From assembly GCA_964455705.1 (NCBI GenBank), contig CAYVYM010000001.1, positions 63,483 to 127,482 of the forward strand: DNA of 64,000 bases, in the 5' to 3' direction. The position numbers and the translations under genes were made by a program. This document shows positions 20,313 to 28,996 of the stretch, piece after piece; within the stretch, counting starts at the first letter, position 1, and each line of letters opens with the position of its first letter. The notes beneath the pieces are model-generated. The model had not been told where the DNA came from and made no database searches. It was given only the letters and a program-made list of their open reading frames with translations. The stretch is from an uncultured Rikenella sp. GTDB taxonomy: Bacteria > Bacteroidota > Bacteroidia > Bacteroidales > VadinHA17.

Positions 20313-21845
20313 ATGAAAACAGTTTTGCAGCAAATTAAAGAAAAACAAAGGCAGGATGAGAAAGCAACAAGAAATGCGCTCAGGGCTGAGATGAATAATC
20401 CTTCAACCCCGAATAATCGTCGCAGCTTTCTCAGGAGAGCAGCCATGGGTGGCGTAGCTCTCGGCGGGCTATTACATCTTTCTACAGAAGATACGATAGC
20501 CCAGACAACCCGGAACGTGTCACGGGCTTCCAGCCCATCAGACCTGAAAATCACCGATCTTCGTGTTGCCGAGAAAGGAGGCAGAGGTTCCATAGCCAGC
20601 CGTCTGATCCGTATTGACACAAACCAGGGCATCTATGGGCTCGGTGATATTAGGGATGGTTCTGACCAGCGTCTTGCCCTGTTCCTTAAAAGTAAGATCG
20701 TTGGCCTCAATCCGTGTAATGTTGAAATGATCTTCAAGGTCATAAAACAGTATGGCTATCATGGCCGTCAGGGCTGCGGCGTAAGTGCTGTTGAAATGGC
20801 CTGCTGGGATCTGTGCGGAAAAGCGCTCGGGGTGCCGGTATGGCAGCTTCTGGGAGGCAGATACCGCGATAAGGTAAGAATATATGCAGATACTCCTGAA
20901 GACAGAGATCCTTCTGTTCAGATTGAAAAACTGAAAAAGAGACTTAATGAGGAGGGCTATACATGGCTTAAAATGGATCTTGGCATACACCAGTTAAACA
21001 AACCGGAGGAAGGATTGGTTAATTATAAATACTGGAATGAACATGGAGGCGGCATAAGAAACTGGTACATGGGAAGGGGTTATGAAAACGGAGGATATAC
21101 AGACTACTGGAAACAGGACCATCCGTTTACGCAGGTACAGATAACAGAAAAGGGACTCGAGGAACTGGCACATGTAGTGGAGAGTGTTCAAAACGTAATC
21201 GGTACCGAAGTGCCTCTTGCAGTTGATCATTTCGGCCATATGGATATGAACCAGATCATACGCATTGGCAAAGCTGTCGAAAAATACCGGCTGGCATGGC
21301 TCGAGGATTGTGTGGCATGGTATTATACTGACCAGCTGAAGGCTATTACCGCAGCACTTGAAACGCCTATCTGCACAGGCGAGGATATCTACATGCTCGG
21401 AGGCATGCTGGGCGGTTTCAAGAAACTCATTGACGCCGGTGCCGTTGATATTATCCATCCTGACCTTGTAAGTGCCGGAGGTATACTTGAAACAAAGAAG
21501 ATCGGAGACTATGCCGAAGAGGCGGGTATTCCGATGGCCCTTCATGCAAACAGCACTCCTGTTGCATGGATGGCAAATGTTCACTGTGCAGCTGCAACTG
21601 AAAACTTCCTGTGTCTTGAGCATCACAATGTCGACAATCCCTGGTGGGAGGGACTGGTTAAGATGACCGGTTCACAACCTATGATCACAAAAGGATTTGC
21701 CAATGTACCTCTTGATGCGCCCGGACTGGGCATTGAACTGAACGATGATAATGTGAAGGCAATGATGACAAAGGGTGCAAAATACTTTGAACCTACACCT
21801 GAATGGGACAGATCAGGAAGATCATATGATAAACAATGGATTTAA
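20313..21845 (+). CDS. Mandelate racemase/muconate lactonizing enzyme (enolase) superfamily protein, probable acid-sugar dehydratase with a Tat-like signal
   Basis: SAVEMACWDLCGKALGVPVWQLLGG, KMD, VDHFGH, WLED, TGED, HPD and PGLGIELN motifs; NNRRSFLRR plus a hydrophobic stretch near the N-terminus. Confidence 0.9.
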   Translation: MKTVLQQIKEKQRQDEKATRNALRAEMNNPSTPNNRRSFLRRAAMGGVALGGLLHLSTEDTIAQTTRNVSRASSPSDLKITDLRVAEKGGRGSIASRLIRIDTNQGIYGLGDIRDGSDQRLALFLKSKIVGLNPCNVEMIFKVIKQYGYHGRQGCGVSAVEMACWDLCGKALGVPVWQLLGGRYRDKVRIYADTPEDRDPSVQIEKLKKRLNEEGYTWLKMDLGIHQLNKPEEGLVNYKYWNEHGGGIRNWYMGRGYENGGYTDYWKQDHPFTQVQITEKGLEELAHVVESVQNVIGTEVPLAVDHFGHMDMNQIIRIGKAVEKYRLAWLEDCVAWYYTDQLKAITAALETPICTGEDIYMLGGMLGGFKKLIDAGAVDIIHPDLVSAGGILETKKIGDYAEEAGIPMALHANSTPVAWMANVHCAAATENFLCLEHHNVDNPWWEGLVKMTGSQPMITKGFANVPLDAPGLGIELNDDNVKAMMTKGAKYFEPTPEWDRSGRSYDKQWI

Positions 21846-21904
21846 GATTGGTACAGAAAAAATATTACCAAAAATTAAAATAATTGACTGGAAAGGAGAA
21901 GATT

Positions 21905-23341
21905 ATGAAAAGTAATAAAACCTTCCCGGCTTTGCTGATGAGCATGAGTAAGCCGGACGATGCTTCAATGAAGCTTATATCATCGGCCTTATTGATCTGG
22001 GTCTTAAGTTCTTTAATGACTGTCAGCGGGCAAGCCGGTAACGCCGGGCAGGGAAAGTCCATAGAAAGAGTGCCTCTTGCTGAACGCATAGGACACACTG
22101 ATAAGGCCAAAGCCTTTGCCGGGAAGAATGTCCATCAGGGTACCGGGACGTTACACATGCAGACTCTTCTTGGGAGAGGGGCTGTCAACGGATTGAACTT
22201 CATGCATCACGGTCCGTTGATGCCAGAAAGCTCTATTGGTCATCACTTTCATAACAATTCGGATGAAATGTTCCTTATCCTGGACGGTGATTGTGAATTT
22301 ACGGTCAACGGTCGTACTGCGCTCATCAAAGGACCGGTAGGGGTTCCGTGCAGATCAGGGAATTCACACGCAGTATATAATCCTTCGGATAAGCCCGTTG
22401 ACTGGGTGAATTTCAATGTGGCTGTTCTCAGCCCCGCTGAGGCAGCAGGATATGGTGCCCCTTCAGGTGCCGGAGGATTTCCACGGAGAGGCAGCTATAA
22501 CTATTATGCTGATCCGACAGCTCTTTTTGAAACTGCCGATGACCGTGCCGGAGTGACACTCGATAACAAGCCGGCCTTTATTCATACAGGCCGGCTTACA
22601 AAAGAGATGTTACGTCCGGTTGCCGCGATGAATGGGGGTAAAGACACCGTGTTTTACAGAAGAGCCCTGGGCCCGGGTTCATTTGTCTCTAACTGGGCGT
22701 TTGTCGATCATCTGCTGATCCCGGCAGGGTCATCTGTCGGCAGACATTTTCACTCAGGCGTCGATGAAGTCTACTTCGTGATCAAAGGGAAGGGCAAAGT
22801 CCGTGTCAATGACGAATGGGCCGATATTTCCTACGGAGATGCAGTACCGGTGCGGGCAGGTGAGATCCATGCCCTTGAAAGCACTGAGACTGATCCGCTC
22901 GAAATGATAGTATACGGAGTTGCACTTGAGAAGGGAAAGCTTGATGTAACAGATGTTCCCCTGACAATGGTAAAACTGCAGATGTTCTTTGAAGTGGAAC
23001 CGCGGAATTTTGAGGCTTTTGAAAAGAATTATATCGATGTATATGTGCCGGCTTTAAGAAAACAGGTCGGATATATGGGGTCAAAACTGCTTCGACGTTT
23101 TCCTGATGATTTCTCAAAGAAAATAGGATCGCCTGCTACCAAATTCAATTTTGAAATGGAGCTTATGTTCGATACCGAAGAGCACAGGCAGATGTGGACC
23201 AAAACCCAGGAGCACGATTATGCATGGCCAAAGACTGCAGCATTGTCGAGATCATATCAGTGGCTTGGATATGATATTGTTGGAATGGACCAGGCAACGG
23301 ATCCGCTGGGCTCAAGAAATATGACAACCGAAAAGAAATAA
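21905..23341 (+). CDS. Bicupin protein with an additional C-terminal domain, probably exported (start uncertain: 21884, 21905 or 21968)
   Basis: Two cupin metal motifs (GHHFH..SDEMF...H and GRHFH.GVDEVY...H). Hydrophobic signal-like MKLISSALLIWVLSSLMTVSG. The C-terminal ~120 aa resembles a dimeric alpha+beta barrel (ABM-like) domain. Confidence 0.8.
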   Translation: MKSNKTFPALLMSMSKPDDASMKLISSALLIWVLSSLMTVSGQAGNAGQGKSIERVPLAERIGHTDKAKAFAGKNVHQGTGTLHMQTLLGRGAVNGLNFMHHGPLMPESSIGHHFHNNSDEMFLILDGDCEFTVNGRTALIKGPVGVPCRSGNSHAVYNPSDKPVDWVNFNVAVLSPAEAAGYGAPSGAGGFPRRGSYNYYADPTALFETADDRAGVTLDNKPAFIHTGRLTKEMLRPVAAMNGGKDTVFYRRALGPGSFVSNWAFVDHLLIPAGSSVGRHFHSGVDEVYFVIKGKGKVRVNDEWADISYGDAVPVRAGEIHALESTETDPLEMIVYGVALEKGKLDVTDVPLTMVKLQMFFEVEPRNFEAFEKNYIDVYVPALRKQVGYMGSKLLRRFPDDFSKKIGSPATKFNFEMELMFDTEEHRQMWTKTQEHDYAWPKTAALSRSYQWLGYDIVGMDQATDPLGSRNMTTEKK

Positions 23342-23382
23342 GTAACCTTTTTAATGATAAAAAAACCTAATCCTCAAGAATT

Positions 23383-25311
23383 ATGAGATCATTAATGAAA
23401 AGAATCATTCTCCCGGGCCTTCTGATCATAATCATGATCATCATGGGCCGGTGTACCTCAGCGCCTGAATGGCATAAGAAAAACAAAGAGCTGATCAAAC
23501 AGTACGATTTGCCTGTAAGGCAGCTTTCCGGTATTCCCAAAACAACCATTGAATCGAATCTTGTACCAGGGGAAGTGACTAACCTTAATAGCCTGACCGA
23601 TACAGATTTGCATGCCGGAGTAAAGGCAAAAATCTACTGGGGGGGAGGCACAATGGTAAGTATCCTCACACTGGGTCCCAATGCGGAAATTCCTGAAGAG
23701 GTACTTCCGTCTGACAGGTTTGTGTTTGTTGTGGAGGGAACGATAGATCAGCTGATAGACGGCTCTCCCGTCACCATGATATCCAGGAAGAGGGAGGAGC
23801 CTGACGGGATACACAGCGCCACATCAAGGATCGATTTCGTGTTTCTTGAAAAAGGCAGTAAAAATGCACTGACAGCAGGTCCGTCTGGTGCAAAACTGAT
23901 CGAGCTTTCCAGCCCCCTGCGTCTTGACTATCTTCAGAAAGCCGGCGTTGAAAATATTCCTGCGGAATCAGTTGATCTTAAGACCCCACAGGTAGCCAAC
24001 GTACAACCAAACAAGGTTTATGACCTGTATGATTTTCAGCTCACCCAGCTTGCTCCGGGATCAAATTCGCGGCTGGTGACCGGACGGAATATGCAGATCA
24101 GTTTTGTTTCAATGGACCCCGGAGCTGTGTTTGAGCGTCATATTCATCCGGAGGACCAGACGATGCTTGTATTACGGGGAGGGTGCAACGAGATTCTTCT
24201 TGACGGAGAGCAGCGAATGGCTGCAGATGATATCACATTAATCCCCGGAAATATGGTGCACGGTGCACTTATCGGTCCGCTTGGATGTGATGCGATGGAT
24301 GTCTTCTGGCCGGCGCGCGATGATTACAGTGCAAAGGAAAAAGCAAGACTGGAGGCATACCATGCCATCATACCACGGGATGCCAGTTTGGAACTGATTA
24401 TAGACGGTACCAAAACAAAACCGGCACTCTATTTCTCCGAAGGCCCGAAATGGATGAACGGCAAGGTCTATTTCTCAAATATGTACTTTGATCAGGCATG
24501 GACAGGCGATCCTAAGAAAAGCTCAATAGTCGAAATGGACCCGGACGGGAGCTACAGGAATATCACTGAAGGCAGAATGCAGGCAAACGGTCTCTATCCG
24601 TACAAGAACGGCAACCTCGTTGTCTGCGATATGCTGGGACACAGAGTGGTTGAGATGACAACCAAAGGCCAGGTAGTCAGGGTGATCGCTGACAGATATG
24701 ACGGGAAACCGCTCGACGGTCCGAATGACATAGTTACTGACACCAGGGGAGGTATTTATTTTACTGACCCGCAGTTCACCATGGAGCCCGTTAAATCTCA
24801 GCCCGGTCGCACCGTGTACTACCTTTCACCCGAAGGCAAGCTGATCAGGATTGTCGAACCCAATGAGTTTGCCATGCCGAATGGGATAGTGTTATCGCCT
24901 GACGGTAAAACCCTTTATATCAACAACACATATGATAATGAATCATGGTACCCTGTAGACAGCGACAAGGATAATTTTATCTGGGCATATGATGTCAATG
25001 AAGACGGCACAATCAGCAACGGCCGTAAGTTTGCGATGCTGTTCCTCACCGGGAACGTGCTTGACAGACAGGGCAGATCAACAAGCGCCGACGGGATGGC
25101 AATAGATCAGATGGGCAATCTTTATGTCGCAACCTTTTACGGGGTACAGATCTTCAATGTCAAAGGAGAATATATAGGAATGATTAATCTCCCGACATTC
25201 CCTGTTAGCCTCTGTTTCGGTGATGCAGACATGAAAACGCTGTATATTGTCAGTTACAGCCAGGTGTATAAGATCCGGACAAATATGGAAGGCTATGTAA
25301 ATTATTTATAA
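23383..25311 (+). CDS. Cupin + SMP-30/gluconolactonase family fusion lipoprotein
   Basis: Lipobox-like IMGRC; cupin HIHPEDQ...H; lactonase motifs SEGPKW, GPNDIV, YFTDP, PNGIVLSPDG and ADGMAID. Confidence 0.88.
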   Translation: MRSLMKRIILPGLLIIIMIIMGRCTSAPEWHKKNKELIKQYDLPVRQLSGIPKTTIESNLVPGEVTNLNSLTDTDLHAGVKAKIYWGGGTMVSILTLGPNAEIPEEVLPSDRFVFVVEGTIDQLIDGSPVTMISRKREEPDGIHSATSRIDFVFLEKGSKNALTAGPSGAKLIELSSPLRLDYLQKAGVENIPAESVDLKTPQVANVQPNKVYDLYDFQLTQLAPGSNSRLVTGRNMQISFVSMDPGAVFERHIHPEDQTMLVLRGGCNEILLDGEQRMAADDITLIPGNMVHGALIGPLGCDAMDVFWPARDDYSAKEKARLEAYHAIIPRDASLELIIDGTKTKPALYFSEGPKWMNGKVYFSNMYFDQAWTGDPKKSSIVEMDPDGSYRNITEGRMQANGLYPYKNGNLVVCDMLGHRVVEMTTKGQVVRVIADRYDGKPLDGPNDIVTDTRGGIYFTDPQFTMEPVKSQPGRTVYYLSPEGKLIRIVEPNEFAMPNGIVLSPDGKTLYINNTYDNESWYPVDSDKDNFIWAYDVNEDGTISNGRKFAMLFLTGNVLDRQGRSTSADGMAIDQMGNLYVATFYGVQIFNVKGEYIGMINLPTFPVSLCFGDADMKTLYIVSYSQVYKIRTNMEGYVNYL

Positions 25312-26949
25312 ATCATTGCCTTTCCGCGTAGTATTCTTAACAGCCTCTTTTCCCAGCCGGTCTTTAAGCTGTGTAAGGTAAAGGCTCCTGGGGGTCACAT
25401 GTCTGTCCATTGACTCCACATGACCATTCGGTTTGGAAAGGTCCTGGAGGAGTGCGTTGAATATGACGGCATTTATTCCGATATGCCCGAAGGAATAGTT
25501 CTGTGCGGTAGGCGGTTTCTGGATAAGAAAATCACCTTCGCAGTTCCAGAACACAGTATTGGCACCGGCCCAGCCGATACTTATATCTTTCCAGTATCTG
25601 GCTGTGAGCGGTGCTTTGATGTTATCATAAAGGGCTCCGTTAACCCACATACTATGTGGCTCGCTGGATGAGTAAGGGTTGACAGCTTCAGAATCGAGGA
25701 ATACATTTCCGCTGGATGAGAAATTCTGCATGACAAATGAATGACGTCCTTTCTGCGAAAAGCATCTTTGCGCAAGAGCAAGCTGTCCGCTTAATTGGTA
25801 TGTAAACCGCCTTGCTCCGGCCCTGATTGATACAGGTTCTCTTGATTCACAATCCTGTATCGTAATCCATTTTGTATTGGCTGTGGTTGTTACCAGGCTG
25901 CCGGCAAAGTGAAGGGCGCTGACATTCCTTACCCAGCTGTTAATGGCATTGGTTATTAAGATAAAATTGAAATAATGATTCTCGTCAGAATAGTATTCGT
26001 CACCTTCGTAACGAGCCCTGGGATCATCCCATGAACCCCGGTCCATATTTCCATAAGCCGTCATTCTCACACCGGGGTCATATTCCGATATTCCCCGCAG
26101 GTTCTCTATCCCAACCTGTCCGATCCGCCCCTGGTCGTCATATTTCACTACCTCGCCACCTCCCCATCGGGCTTCGATGGCACAGAAAACCGGAGCATCA
26201 ATTGAAATACTGTTACCCCTGATATCAACAATCACCCTGTCATAGGAAATGACAAATGGTCTCCAGCGGAATCTCCCGACAGTTGCAGTGTCTTGTCCTA
26301 TTTCCCTGATCCACTCCTGGTTTCCAATACGTCTTACAAGAATCCTGTCGCCCACCTTAAATCCTTTGGCAGAGGCAACACTGAAGCTTCGTGCACCAAC
26401 CGGTACATAATTATCAGTAATAATCTGTTTAGTCTCTTCAGTTGCAACTGCGCCTGAAGCACCGCTGATGTTTACAAGCGCCGCCCTGGAAAAGGGCCCC
26501 TGCCTTTCTTTCGGTATTTTTCCGACAAGTATTGTACCGATGTCACTCATTCCTTCTCCCCTCAGCACAACTCCTGATGCTTTTATATAAATGGGGGTTT
26601 CAAGATTATAAATACCCATTTTCAGTAGCACGGCGCCTCTGAATCCCGAAGCATCGGGCGGTAGTGCTGAAACGCGGTCGATCGCTGCCTGGATGGTGGC
26701 AGAATTATCACCCGGCACCGGCCAGACAGTTTCTTTGACCGGTACATGCGGAATAGTAACCCCACCGCCCCTGTATCCTGCATATGAAAAATCAGGAATT
26801 CTGTTCCCAAGACTGTCAGATACATAAGCCAGTCTTCCATCAGTACCGGGATATACCAGCGATGCTGTCGGCGCGAGATCCTGGGCATTTAGACTGAATG
26901 CATGGAGAAGCGGCAACAGTACAACATAGAAATAAGCTTTTACATTCAT
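25306..26949 (-). CDS. Secreted pectin-lyase-fold (right-handed beta-helix) protein of unknown specificity
   Basis: Signal peptide; IPDFSYAGY, D..ATIQAAID and SGVVLRGEG motifs typical of Pectate_lyase_3-like N-termini. Confidence 0.72.
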   Translation of the reverse strand: MNVKAYFYVVLLPLLHAFSLNAQDLAPTASLVYPGTDGRLAYVSDSLGNRIPDFSYAGYRGGGVTIPHVPVKETVWPVPGDNSATIQAAIDRVSALPPDASGFRGAVLLKMGIYNLETPIYIKASGVVLRGEGMSDIGTILVGKIPKERQGPFSRAALVNISGASGAVATEETKQIITDNYVPVGARSFSVASAKGFKVGDRILVRRIGNQEWIREIGQDTATVGRFRWRPFVISYDRVIVDIRGNSISIDAPVFCAIEARWGGGEVVKYDDQGRIGQVGIENLRGISEYDPGVRMTAYGNMDRGSWDDPRARYEGDEYYSDENHYFNFILITNAINSWVRNVSALHFAGSLVTTTANTKWITIQDCESREPVSIRAGARRFTYQLSGQLALAQRCFSQKGRHSFVMQNFSSSGNVFLDSEAVNPYSSSEPHSMWVNGALYDNIKAPLTARYWKDISIGWAGANTVFWNCEGDFLIQKPPTAQNYSFGHIGINAVIFNALLQDLSKPNGHVESMDRHVTPRSLYLTQLKDRLGKEAVKNTTRKGNDL

Positions 26950-27045
26950 TATGGTGCGAATTATATTAAATGCTGTGACATACAGTCATCATAAAAATAA
27001 AGAAATTTATATATAACCTGCCAAAACATACTGTGAGATTTCAGG

Positions 27046-27079
27046 AAAAAGAGAGGCTGCCTCTATTGAGACAGCCTCC
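27046..27079 (-). terminator. Rho-independent terminator after susD (27142-28968)
   Basis: On the minus strand GAGGCTGTCTC-AATA-GAGGCAGCCTC followed by TCTTTTT. Confidence 0.78.
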
Positions 27080-27141
27080 TCCAATTTTCAGATAATGTCA
27101 GGATAAATTACCCCACAATAATCTAATCTGACTTATTTGCA

Positions 27142-28968
27142 TTATTGGTAAGCCTCATTTTGATCGCACAGTTTATTTTTCAACAACTCATCCGTTGGAA
27201 TTGGCATATCCATCCTGTTAAGAATAAAATCAAAATTACGGTAAGTATTCCATACATCTTGCTGAGCATTAGGGTTCTGAGAACCTACCCCTTTTGGATA
27301 ATTGATGTTAATGTGATCCTCAATAAAGCCGGAGCGTATTAAATCCTGAGCAAGACACCATTCAGCATTGAATTCCTTACGGCGTTCCTGGCCCAGTGCT
27401 ACCAACCATACCGGAGAAGCAAAACCTTTAGTAGTTTTTTCGGAGGTATAATATGTTTTCGCATCAGGAACAGTTACTAAGGCTGTGTTGAACGGAAGGG
27501 GGTAAGTAGTCGGTTCTACTATATCTGTAGCGCCGTTACCTATAAAGAACTGTGCCATGTTTTGATAATAAGGGAGGTAAGTAGCAGTTAAGGCAGCTTC
27601 CTTACCAACTTCCAGATTACCCCAGGCACGTTCGCGAATTTGATTAATATAGCCCCAGGCAGTTGCATCTTCGCCACCATTCAAATTGAACAGGCATTCT
27701 GCGTAATCCAACAGAACATTTGCATAGCGCTTGTAATAAATCTGCTGTGGGCCCCACGGTGCCTGATAGTTTGAACGGGTTGTACGCCAATACTTCAGTG
27801 TCCATATAGAAGGAGCTGCTTCACCTCCCATTAAGAAATGATAATGTGTATTTAACCCGTCGCCAACTGTAAGACTCTGTTGCAGATATGGATTGTAACC
27901 ATAGTTGGTGGCAGATTTCCAGGCAGGAACAATATCTGTTATAGCGCCGGTAACAGCTGAAGCTTCACGACGCTTATCGCCTGGTTCATAGCAACTCCAC
28001 CATTCCCATGAGAGGTACAGGGTACCCCATCCGCCTATAGACGGAGGAGCTACGAAATGGATCATCCAGTTGTGTGCCTGGGACAGATTGGACCATTGGT
28101 TCCACTGTGAACCTTCGTCAAGAACTTCCTCCCAGATACATTCTTTTGTCCAGACAGCTCCCGGATCAAACAAAGTGGTGAAAGAAGGATTCAATTCATA
28201 TTTACCGCTCTGAATCACCTGCAATAACGCAGCTGCTGCCAATGTGTAGTTTTCCTCAGCTTGCGCAGGAACACGATATGCTTTCCACATATAAGCTTCA
28301 CCCAGATAGGAGAGGGCAAACCCTTTGGTAATACGTCCATACTGTCCGGACATGGGATCCCAGTCAAGTTCATCAGCTGCTATTTTCAAGTCATCAATAA
28401 TGAAATCCCACATCTCTGAGAAATCCTGCGCACGGGCTTTTTCCGGAGTGTTAATATAATTTTCACCTGTTGCCAACATAGGCACACGACCGAAGGCTTT
28501 TGCCAGCCACATATAGAAGAAAGAACGGATGCCCCTGGCCTGTCCGTCAAGTGAAGTTTTTACAGCAGGAGTAACATTTTCTGCCTCAGCAAGACCGGCC
28601 AGAAAATCGTTGCAACGGGAGATTGCTGCATAGGCCTGTCTCCAACCCAGCAATAATTCCGGGCTACCCGGAGTCCAGTTTTGTGAGTTCCAGTCTTTGT
28701 CCCATCCTGTTGCCTGTGTATCCATTGTCGGATGACCACCAATAAACAGGTTCGGTTTGATACCCCAGTCTCCAAGAATATCTGTCGGAAGCATCATTGT
28801 GTAGCAACCGATAAGACCGGCTTTTGCATCTTCGTCTGACTTAAACATCTGATCGGCAGCTAAAATTGAATAGTGATCCACCGACAAATAGTCCTTGTCG
28901 CAGGAGGTTATTCCTAACAGAAATAGCACACATGCAACTGTAAAGATTGTCTTTGATATATTTTTCAT
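27142..28968 (-). CDS. susD: SusD/RagB family lipoprotein
   Basis: Lipobox ITSC; RYANVLLDYAE and ERRKEF motifs, PIP near the C-terminus; follows susC. Confidence 0.93.
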   Translation of the reverse strand: MKNISKTIFTVACVLFLLGITSCDKDYLSVDHYSILAADQMFKSDEDAKAGLIGCYTMMLPTDILGDWGIKPNLFIGGHPTMDTQATGWDKDWNSQNWTPGSPELLLGWRQAYAAISRCNDFLAGLAEAENVTPAVKTSLDGQARGIRSFFYMWLAKAFGRVPMLATGENYINTPEKARAQDFSEMWDFIIDDLKIAADELDWDPMSGQYGRITKGFALSYLGEAYMWKAYRVPAQAEENYTLAAAALLQVIQSGKYELNPSFTTLFDPGAVWTKECIWEEVLDEGSQWNQWSNLSQAHNWMIHFVAPPSIGGWGTLYLSWEWWSCYEPGDKRREASAVTGAITDIVPAWKSATNYGYNPYLQQSLTVGDGLNTHYHFLMGGEAAPSIWTLKYWRTTRSNYQAPWGPQQIYYKRYANVLLDYAECLFNLNGGEDATAWGYINQIRERAWGNLEVGKEAALTATYLPYYQNMAQFFIGNGATDIVEPTTYPLPFNTALVTVPDAKTYYTSEKTTKGFASPVWLVALGQERRKEFNAEWCLAQDLIRSGFIEDHININYPKGVGSQNPNAQQDVWNTYRNFDFILNRMDMPIPTDELLKNKLCDQNEAYQ

Positions 28969-28996
28969 AATGTTATTCTATATATATGTGTAACAA

